From NCBI GenBank assembly GCA_020184695.1, contig JAANOX010000035.1:186001-250000 (forward strand): 64,000 bases of DNA. The letters are read 5' to 3'. Position 1 is the first letter of the stretch; each line of letters opens with the position of its first letter. The DNA is from Histomonas meleagridis 2922-C6/04-290x. Taxonomy: Eukaryota; Protista; Parabasalia. Shown here piece by piece: positions 23,401 to 30,736 of the stretch. A model generated the notes under the pieces. The model saw only the letters and a program-made list of their open reading frames with translations, ran no database searches and was not told where the DNA came from. A program made the position numbers and the translations under genes.

Positions 23401-23909
23401 CAAAAGATATTTTTGATGATATTTTCGATGAAAATATTGTTTTCGTGGATTTGTTACCATTGGAAATGATCGACGAATTCATTGCAGTTCTATTTAACGC
23501 TTCGATAATATTTTGGAGAAATGAAAAATTCCCCGAATTCGCACAAAGGAAAATTTCGGTTGAGTTTTGTGAGTCAATGAAATATAATGAATTAATTAAT
23601 AATAGAACAAAAACATTTTCAATGTTGACTTCTTTCATTAACATTTTTAATTGTGAGGAAATTATTCATTTTTATGAGGTCTTGAATGAGAAAAATGTGA
23701 TACATTTGATTTGGAATTATTTAAAGGAAAATTCGTCGGTGGATTTAAACGGAATTTGCGAAATGACAAAAATTTCGATTGGTTTGTCAAGTTCACCATC
23801 TGATAACGCAGCTATTTTAAAGGTAACATTAGAAAATAATAAATTTAATAGTGATTCACCTGCTTTTATTGAACTAAAAAATTACATCGATGAAGTTTTA
23901 AGTCAATAA
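17412..23909 (+). CDS. Large ubiquitin-specific protease (C19; USP9/24/34-like architecture)
   Basis: Cys box GLSNLGATCYVNSVIQQ, QQDANEF, QLKRFEY, His box GIVVHQGEADVGHYFSY, WICLND, SAYLLIYER, within long helical flanks. ATG 17412 preferred over GTG 17388. Confidence 0.92.
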   Translation: MSQEVDLESLIAVLIVALDEGNGWSQYLQQFQNIMKNYVSNYQIIDINDILISTSFPEITRKVLALSDCKTAENIAVSYLNAAITLTQQIMCKTNSLRPISLLCDIFDPAQVFYISHGRNTNSAYSKHIIDFVQTSIKNRTPMFVLSLFHHINLSIVELNDSILYLQRACSLVGSSNVFPDYINLSNDIISALSKFTINLIDNPRSIPIKQLLNIIPNVISICKENEMINFIINFCQRFLEIDIVEIKVAAVKICSLIYSKALTSSKLEDMTMKEELCRIIEVLPNYESLEIIKPAILKYAERNLCDKTIIGSLWKSVKSQHASFQTKALNLFSEIALKINDPQIVIETISDDPNSIEILGKLIKGKQYEQMSVQKLLKLSEEEGNFEALKILIEASKTIDISYILPEIILNIGCVPLLEMHIYLVDSIISKSPQTIQITLITNELIKNPEIINENNYQNIIQSISNILFHTKQIVSREAFNLFYNLAKNTNNLIFLFKVFFQKSKPILISNDSNDIIINLIRVSSKNLELLEILEHLYLVLPQTETLLRDEIMDSFWNILLDPISEEIRKTISNFLLSNIDPILMPSILCDFISKCLDILMNSENSNAAIFIKECLNLSFKYISLSAFHLESHRYQIPENIITIKYQINNQIKILKVNKEQKVYEIFPLIASMNEIDVNSMVLYYGNKVIQNNTIVNEFSSDDKIIDIRIKNIYEQSPYFTLENHPISIIMKTNYFKRLLKLLESNIAEYIYNILIEIPTPDFYNLLTPNDLNLSFNYLFLYQLHFLSKHFNEMDGSIKLQFEEKLEQFLIESFDLILPEAQYLLILLLDNTKIKNEKIVTNVLYNLYHQKDSKYLINIIKKIWNYVSNYEIDLTKEVLETFLKMNNSEINELALNSNLIKSQSFEKIWLIFNEQNDPLSFLQIFNYIKIPEKYYPSLIQKLLPYFDTLNNQILSLFSLISKNYNEFPSEEISQTLIEYYIKCNKHPPTIDEHPFQLILSIIQNNDQIRENILNEITITMPTNSVYNYTPTDSFKTISCGLSNLGATCYVNSVIQQIYHINPLKELIISTEFDDPSMIALHDLFIEMEYTDRNYIDMNKFTSNWRDWDGVPIQPREQQDANEFLLLLLSRLEPYPEIHSLFSGLSQITLSNEENNFVQSHNSDFNSLSLVVMNQKCIKDSLLLLETPEVIENYRIDDNLEPINVNSRNTLLSLPPYLFIQLKRFEYSIELGRKNKIDQEYHFEYEIDFKEFITNDNNDQETKYKLKGIVVHQGEADVGHYFSYVYENDQWICLNDRGVNVVTKSIMESESFGIQAGSSAYLLIYERIDAININIQRNLSNNSLELIEKIKEDNHHLVIDSIYFSEPFIDFMIKLLDIKDGVNVSLNYYLKTLTHSSNITKFKEMSENIKIKIKEEEILNQFIALIIETQNILLDIMSYCNNKFIHKEFSKVMKEIFKQIPTENEIILLMITSFYDWIPIILTNWRNSFDIFQLFANFASIDEEHVQYLQEYEITTTIISFMNEAIPQFVQNKDNNITFERFARLIDMTGLIHYFKAIKIHYLQITHPSLLKWFISSEKHAKSLVKMLKLVNPYNSFSLFDKIIENSKANPSEYFIIELIKQTDFVYPNAWTTKYFNDTAKQRALIHAVTELFKLNTDEFKAIFYKQSSLFVSLIFSKHREIREDMIHELQLVINKLQIYDLLFSLIPNVAQFSKTLFSSAEYRQNFIPLEYFYGLQLLQLLIEIAPTCDMKPYAEVIETTLHTINGINSKRDEHAISLAQIGCIIMKETVISTQFISDIQKTITKMIPDHKQLDFTLRNYFIGCINQVNHSNYSVDTFLPNDSLTQFIFKVALTNEEKNLKTSKQSSIEMFKSFSNRYAFSSKVCKLISTELNKLQNVDINSISIILNSYKLDVLASNASQFESNPKVLDIIMRTQCVNLILSIIELDKDNIRKYFYNKPMNLKILINLLKNKNNKMTNEMKTKIVVTFQSYIKLTKDIFDDIFDENIVFVDLLPLEMIDEFIAVLFNASIIFWRNEKFPEFAQRKISVEFCESMKYNELINNRTKTFSMLTSFINIFNCEEIIHFYEVLNEKNVIHLIWNYLKENSSVDLNGICEMTKISIGLSSSPSDNAAILKVTLENNKFNSDSPAFIELKNYIDEVLSQ

Positions 23910-23978
23910 ATAAAAGTTCGTTTCTAATGAATTTTTTTTTATTTTCAAATTTCATTAAAAATCTTTTTTATTCAAATA

Positions 23979-25197
23979 TTATTTGGTTTGAATTGCTTTG
24001 ATTATTTCATTATATTCTCTTTCAGTAGCTATATCTAATGCTGTTTTAAATAGTTTAAATATATTTCAAATATTATGTTGAAATTTTATATCTTTGTAAT
24101 TAATATTGTTTTTAATAGTGATGTCGATTCCTTCTTGCTCAAGAAGTAATTTAACAATTTCAATGTCCTCATTTTCAGTTGCTATTATGAGTGCTGTTTT
24201 TTATAATTCATATAAATTCCAAATTTAGCTTTGAAATATCAAATTATTAAAACAAGTTTTAAAATCAAAAAATTTATGTTTTTAGCATTGATATCAATTC
24301 CTTCACTTTCAACAAGTAATTTAACTATTTGCGTGTATCCACTTTGAGATGCATGTGTAAGAGATGTATTAAATAATTTAAATAATTTCCAAATATTATT
24401 TTGAAATATCATTTTATTAAAGTAAAATTTAAATAAAACAAATAAACATCTTTAGCATTAATATCAATTCCTTTTTGTTCAAGTAGTAATTTAACTACTT
24501 CTAATTGACCATTAATAGAAGCATACATGAGTAATGTTTTAAACGAATTGCATTAATTCCGAAAATTATTTAAAAACATCGAAATATTTATATGAATTTT
24601 AAATGATAAGAATAAGTATCTTCATTATTAAAATCAATTCCTTCTTGTTTAAGAAGTAATTTAACAATTTCTATATGACCATTTTCAAGCGCTTTCATAA
24701 TTGCTGTCCTAAATAATGCAAATTAATTCCAAATATTATTTTGATATATCTTATTATTAAAATAATTATTAAATAAAACAAATAAACATTTTTAGCATTT
24801 ACATTAATCCCTTTTTGCGCAAGAAGGAATTTTACTATTTCTATATGACCCTCTGAAGATGCACACATAAGTGCAGTTCTAAATAATGTAAATAATTTCC
24901 AAATATAATTTTGAGATATCAAATCATCAAATTAAACTTGAAATAAATTAAATATATATTTTTCTTGTTAATATCAATTCCTTCTTGTTCAAGAAGAATT
25001 TTAACAATATCGATGTTACCTTTAATGGATGCAAGCATTAATGGGGTATAAAATATTTTTAATAGATTAAAAATTTTATATTAAAATAATAAACCACAAA
25101 AATAAATACATTGATTAACATCAATTCCTTTTTGTTTAACAAGAACTTTAACTATATCAACAGCTTTACCATTCGAAATTTCATTTAGAAGTAATAA
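23979..25197 (-). repeat. Interrupted ankyrin-repeat array 1: eight ankyrin modules separated by 60/80/80/80/80/80/63-nt spacers
   Basis: Module first codons at 25197, 25047, 24877, 24707, 24537, 24367, 24197 and 24044 (e.g. TALMCASSEGHIEIVKFLLAQKGINVNAKN). The last module ends TALDIATEREYNEIIKAIQTK* at 23979. Confidence 0.9.
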
Positions 25198-25244
25198 ATT
25201 AAATAATTTGAATAATTATTTATTTCAAAATAAATTAAAATAAA

Positions 25245-26225
25245 TTGACCAATTATGAATTGAAAATAAAAGAATACAAAAAAATTGGAAATATTTTTAT
25301 AATATTTTTTGTAAATTCTTTTCAATTATTTTATGATAATTCAACATTAACAATAATAAACTCAAATGATTTTAATGAAATTGACCAATATAAAACTGAC
25401 ACAAAATTTATAATTATTGGTGAAGGAATTTATTCAATTCCAGGCAGTTCGTTTTCAGGATGGTCATCAGTTGTTTCAGTTGATTTTGGGAAATCAGTAT
25501 CAGATATTGGAGGTTATGCTTTTTCGTCATGCTTAAGTTTAGAAATAATTATTTTTGGAGAAAATGTCACAACAATTGGTGGATCAGCATTTTCGTTATG
25601 TTCATCAATCAAAAACATTACAATTCCAAATTCAGTCACAGCAATTGGCGATTATGTATTTGGATTATGTTCTAATTTAATAATATTAACACTTGGATAT
25701 GGAATTAAAGAAATTGGAAATTCAGCATTTGGTAATTGTTACAATCTTCAATGCATTTATTATTATGGAGAAACTGAACCAAGTATTGGAGAATCTGCAT
25801 TTTATAATGTTACAGCAACAGTTATAACATATCCAACATATGTAGATGAAAAATTTGGGAATTTAGAAGTTGTTCAAAGTGTAGAAGGAAATTGCAATCC
25901 AATTTCAACAATTTCATTTTCAGCATCACACACATTCAGTCGAAGCGATACATATTCTGTTTCAAACACATTTTCTCTTTCTAATACATATTCAGCACCG
26001 CATACATTTATCCAAAGTAATACATTTTCAAAGTCATTTGCATTTACTGAATCACTTCAAAATGATTTAACGAAAACTTTTTCATATTTATTAACTTTTA
26101 CATTATCAATTACGCATTCGTTTACTTATTATGAAATACAAACAAAAACAATTTCGTTAATTACGATTAATTCGTCATATATTTATATCGAAACGGAATT
26201 TATTTATTATGATTACACAGTTATT
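25245..26225 (+). pseudogene. BspA-like fragment without ATG start or TM anchor, lying antisense inside DUF3447-ankyrin locus 1
   Basis: TpLRR repeats and FSxSNTF stalk. Family homology stops at FIYYDYTVIIY, after which the ORF runs into the antisense of 26224-27141. The ORF-track start is TTG. Confidence 0.75.
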
Positions 26226-27141
26226 ATTTATTATCATAAAGATAATGAAAGAGATCATTTTTGTGGAATTCAATCGCAGTTTTATATGCCCCTTCAAATG
26301 TTGAATAATTTTGTTCGCATAAATGAATGATTTCTTCATTTTCACCTAAAATTGCATATTTACCAGTATTTTTTAAATTAGAACCATTTATCATTAAATA
26401 TTTAAAACAGTTAATAGAGCCAAAATATGCTGCATAATCAATTAAAGAAATATCATGATTGTTAATAACATCATTTCTTTCATAAAGTGATGGTGTAACT
26501 TCTTGATTAAAATCAAAATTTGTTTGTGTTGTTATTTTTCGAAGTTTTTCTATTTCATCATTTCGAATTATTTTTGCAATTTCATTTGTGTTAATTCCTT
26601 CTTCAATTAATTTCTTATGAAGTTCCCAGTCATTCTTTGAAAGTTCTTCATAATTTTTTATAATTTCATTTGCAAAAGAATTATGTTTTAATTCTAATAT
26701 TTTCTCAAATGGTATACGGTGTGCAAAATATGGATTGGGATACGTATTTTGGAGAATTTTTGGATCAAGATTTTTTTGTTCAAACATTTTTTCAAGAAGA
26801 TAATACGAAATTTGACTTTCATTGTCTAAAAGATAGTTTTCAAATACATCAAAAATTCTTGATTCAATTTTATTGTTTTCCTCATATGTTTCAATTTCTT
26901 TCATAAAATTTAAATATAGGTCAGCTTTATAATCTTTGAGAGTAGCTAATGTATGTATTATTTGACATACTATTAGATTGGTTGAATATGATAAATTGTT
27001 ATCAAATTCTTTAATTAATGAATTTGCTGATGTAACAACATTTCCTTCATCCAAGTTAAAAATCACATTCTGAATTGCTGTGAGTTTCTGCCATTCGTTC
27101 TGTTCTTGTTTTAATGCTTGATTCTTGTTTCCTTCCGACAT
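26224..27141 (-). pseudogene. 5' part of DUF3447-type ankyrin gene 1, truncated
   Basis: SLIDYAAYFGSINCFKYL, EEIIHLCEQ and AIEFHKNDLFHYL are typical of trichomonad DUF3447-ankyrin proteins. Stops at YDNK* where paralogue 2 continues YENKIEE. Confidence 0.75.
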
Positions 27142-27389
27142 GTCCTCAAAGTGCAATATTATAAGAAAAAGTTAACAAACCGCTCATAACTTGATTTTTT
27201 TTGGCAAAAGTGACACAACTAATGAAAAAGTGCCAATGATCCGAATTTCAAAATAAAGTTATCAAATATTTTTTGGGGTGTTTTGTTTTAAGTTACTGAT
27301 GTCAGTCATAACCAAATGTTCAAGCTTGTTAAACTCAACAAAAATAATTGAATTTTACAATATGCTTTTAGTGAAGAGATTTATTATTC

Positions 27390-28049
27390 TTAGCATTTGA
27401 ACCCTTTACATGCAATAAGGATAATAACCAATATAACAACAACAATGATAATGAATATAAGCAAATACCACTTCCACTTTTGGAAACACATTTTCTTCCT
27501 TACGTTTGTTGCTTCGCGGTGAAAAGTAGATGATGAATTTTGAATATTTTCTGCTTTTTTCTCCATAACTTCAAGTTGCTCACCACGAGCAAAAGCCATT
27601 GTCAAGTTTTGGGTCATTTGCTCTTGCGCTTGCGCAATGTTCTCTTTAATAGTTGTTAATTTCTGGTTGCGTTCGGAATTAAAGTTTCTTATCAAAGCAG
27701 CAATTTCAGTTTTACCAAACTCATTATCTTTTGAGTTTGGTGGGAACGATGCACCTCCGTTTCCGTATTTGCTACGCCACTTCCGTTGTAAGTCTTGTAA
27801 AAAAGAAATTCGAGCCTGTGGACTCACATTTTTTGATGTTAAACAAAGATATGTTGTTTTATCTGGATCTGTTAATGTCATAAACACATAATTCCCTTGT
27901 TCAATAATCGCTCTTGGTGTTTTTGGATCCAGATTTTCAAGCATTTTTACTGCAATTTTTCGATGATTACCATCGAGAATTGCATACTCGGCAAGTGGTT
28001 TTATTCCATTAGCGACCATTGCATACTGAAAGTTGTTTTCAGCACTCAT
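27390..28049 (-). CDS. VAMP7: Longin R-SNARE, VAMP7-like
   Basis: Longin N-terminus, SNARE motif with central R (ARGEQLE), KKMCFQKWK, C-terminal TM. Confidence 0.9.
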   Translation of the reverse strand: MSAENNFQYAMVANGIKPLAEYAILDGNHRKIAVKMLENLDPKTPRAIIEQGNYVFMTLTDPDKTTYLCLTSKNVSPQARISFLQDLQRKWRSKYGNGGASFPPNSKDNEFGKTEIAALIRNFNSERNQKLTTIKENIAQAQEQMTQNLTMAFARGEQLEVMEKKAENIQNSSSTFHREATNVRKKMCFQKWKWYLLIFIIIVVVILVIILIACKGFKC

Positions 28050-28472
28050 CTTAAATTATATGTGATGACTTACGATACATTTGAATAATTTACGCGATTT
28101 TGAATGGTTTATTCGGTCGAAGATAGTCAAAATCTTACCGGGAAATGTACCGGAAATCTGTATTCAAAAAAGTATCAATTCACAATATTTTAATTATTTG
28201 ATACACTATAAACGCGAACCATTATAATTCATATCATTTTTTCTTCATAAACATCTGAAAACTTCAGTTTTTGAAATATTTTACACAGACATATGTCTAT
28301 GAAATAAAAAAATGTCTTTTCTTAACACCCCTTAAAGCATTTCAAAGTAAATTTATACATCGCTGTGGTGGATGGATCAAAAATTAATTTTTTTTTTTAT
28401 TACAAATAAAGATAATAAATTTTAAACAAAATAGAATGTATACAAAAATTTATTATTACAATGTCGTTATGA

Positions 28473-30590
28473 TTAATCAGAACCATTACTAAAAACATCT
28501 TTTTCAAAATCATCTGAAGATAAGGAAATAGAATCCTTATTTGTTTCCTTAGTTTTATGTTTGGATTTATCCGATATAAAACTAGAATCTGTTGTTTCAC
28601 TCTTGCCCTTCTTTTCTTCTTTTTCTTGTGATTTGTCTGATATAAACGAATCTAAATCATTGATCGATATATTGTTTTCACCAGACTTTGATTTTGATTC
28701 TTTTTCTTTTTTCTTTTGCGACTTATCTGATATAAATGAATCCAAATCTTCAATTGATAAATTGTTTTCACCAGACTTTGATTTTGATTCTTTTTTATTT
28801 TGTGATTTATCTGATATAAATGAATCCAAATCTTTAATTGATGAAAAGTTTTCACTTGTTTTTGATTTTGATTTTGATTCTTTTTTATTTTGTGATTTAT
28901 CTGATATAAATGAATCCAAATCTTTAATTGATGAATTGTTTTCACTTGTTTTTGATTTTGATTTTGATTCTTTTTTATTTTGTGATTTATCTGAAACAAA
29001 TGAATCCGAATCTTTATTTGTTATTTTAGTTTTGTTTGAATTTTGTTTTGATTTATTTGATATATATGAATCCGAATCTTTAATTGTTGTTTTGTTTTGA
29101 TTTTTCACATGTTTTTCTTTTTTCTTTTGTGATTTATCTGATATATCGGAATCTATTTCTACTATTATTGATTCTTCATTATCCGATTTTGTTTTAGACA
29201 TTTTCTTTTCTTCTTTATTTTTCTGCTTTGTAATCTGCAAATCTATTTTTGTTTTATTTTCTTTTTTATCTTTTCTTATATCGTTTTTCTTATCATTATT
29301 ATTTCTTTGTGTTTCCCTTTTCATTCTCGGTGATTCTTTTCTTTTCTCTTTTATTAAATTCGGAATTTTCATTCTTGCACTTTGTCCATGTTTTTCTCTT
29401 CTTGCCGAAGTATTTTCATCATTTTCTCTCTTATATCTTTTCATAGTTGCAGCTTTATTATTCAACATCATATGCTTCCTTTTGTTTTCATCCCTCTCCG
29501 CCCTCCTTTGTTGTTTTTCTTTACTTTTCCGTATCTCTCCCGGCGGCATTAGTTCCGGCAATAATCGCGGCTCATCATCTTTAAAATCTCGCCTGTAAAC
29601 TATAGCCATTGTATTAGACTTACGATGTTTAGCTTCTTGCTTTGGACTACCTTCTTTATTTCGCTGTGAAAGAACAGTTTCGCGATTCTTAAGATAACCA
29701 AGTTGAATACTTTGACGAGATAAAATTATCTCACGACCATGCTGACGATTATTAACAAATGACTCTCGTTCTTCGGATTGTGTTTTGCCAAGTTTAGATT
29801 TGGCATTCTCATAATCAAACAAAAGTTGTTTTTGTGCACGTGAATGTTCGATGCGTTGAAGTTTTTCAACTTCGATTTTAGTGGCTTTGGCTCGATCAAA
29901 CTCTCCAGTAATGCCCATACGACGTTCACGCTCCATCAAATCAATGAGGCGTGGCGATGGCTTACGATATTTTCGTGGTGCAACTTCTTGCCAATAATGA
30001 TCAAATTCTTCTCGCTCTTTTTTGTGCTTCTTTTCAAGCTCTTGTGATTTCTCTTCGGTAACGCTGTCATAGTCTTCGAGTTCCCGTTGAAAATTTTCTT
30101 CAGCATTTTGAAGAAGATCCTCATAATCTTGATCAAGATTATTTCCTTTGGCAGCTAAATTACCTTCATTGCGTCTGTTAATTTCTTGGCGAACACGCTC
30201 ATAAAGAAGACTAGACGATTTTCCTTTATCATATTTTCGATTCATTGCACAATATGTGGAGTATTCATGTAAGTGATCCATCAACAAATACAAATGGTCA
30301 GTATCATAATCTTCGAAGTCACGAGATTTATTGGAGTTGATTAGATTATGTCTCATTGATATGCATTCTTCATCTTTAAGAAGTGACTTTTGATTTTTGT
30401 CGGGTGAACTAGAACGCCTTTTTTTACTTTGAGTTGGAGAATCTTTTTTGGTTTGCTCACTTTGAATCCTTGATGAATTTGGTCTAGTATTTGCTTCTTT
30501 TTTTGATTTGTTTTTGGTGACTTCTTGGCGATGGCTTGGAGGGTGGGATCGCTTTGAAGGTGCTAATTTTTGGCGTCCATTCTTATCCAT
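28473..30590 (-). CDS. Hypothetical coiled-coil protein with K/S/D-rich tandem-repeat C-terminus
   Basis: 705 aa uninterrupted ORF with a charged coiled-coil core and SFISDKSQ repeats. No recognised family. Confidence 0.75.
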   Translation of the reverse strand: MDKNGRQKLAPSKRSHPPSHRQEVTKNKSKKEANTRPNSSRIQSEQTKKDSPTQSKKRRSSSPDKNQKSLLKDEECISMRHNLINSNKSRDFEDYDTDHLYLLMDHLHEYSTYCAMNRKYDKGKSSSLLYERVRQEINRRNEGNLAAKGNNLDQDYEDLLQNAEENFQRELEDYDSVTEEKSQELEKKHKKEREEFDHYWQEVAPRKYRKPSPRLIDLMERERRMGITGEFDRAKATKIEVEKLQRIEHSRAQKQLLFDYENAKSKLGKTQSEERESFVNNRQHGREIILSRQSIQLGYLKNRETVLSQRNKEGSPKQEAKHRKSNTMAIVYRRDFKDDEPRLLPELMPPGEIRKSKEKQQRRAERDENKRKHMMLNNKAATMKRYKRENDENTSARREKHGQSARMKIPNLIKEKRKESPRMKRETQRNNNDKKNDIRKDKKENKTKIDLQITKQKNKEEKKMSKTKSDNEESIIVEIDSDISDKSQKKKEKHVKNQNKTTIKDSDSYISNKSKQNSNKTKITNKDSDSFVSDKSQNKKESKSKSKTSENNSSIKDLDSFISDKSQNKKESKSKSKTSENFSSIKDLDSFISDKSQNKKESKSKSGENNLSIEDLDSFISDKSQKKKEKESKSKSGENNISINDLDSFISDKSQEKEEKKGKSETTDSSFISDKSKHKTKETNKDSISLSSDDFEKDVFSNGSD
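28560..29140. repeat. Coding tandem repeat, 84-90 bp unit
   Basis: TGTGATTTATCTGA anchors at 28801, 28891 and 28981 (90-bp period); variants at 28627 and 28717. Confidence 0.9.
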
Positions 30591-30736
30591 AAAATTTCCT
30601 TTTCAACAAACGTTTGTTGTTTAAATACGTTAAAAAGTATTGAATGATTTACATGTTTATGTAAACTGATTTCAAGATTACATTGATCCAAGTTCCATAA
30701 TATAATTTTTTATTAGCTTTGCGCATTTTGGTATTT

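Noticed and set aside
24385-24408. Hairpin ATTTC-AAAAT-AAT-ATTTG-GAAAT in the spacer motif
   Set aside because: Variants in other spacers break pairing without compensatory changes, and weak AU stems are expected by chance at this composition.
23979-25197. CRISPR-like reading of the regular repeat/spacer array
   Set aside because: The alternating units are ankyrin-coding modules and 80-nt related AT-rich segments; eukaryotic context, no cas genes, wrong sizes.
28561-29100. 179-aa antisense ORF (and 28652-28999)
   Set aside because: Shadow of the K/S/D-rich coding repeat; low-complexity mirror translation.
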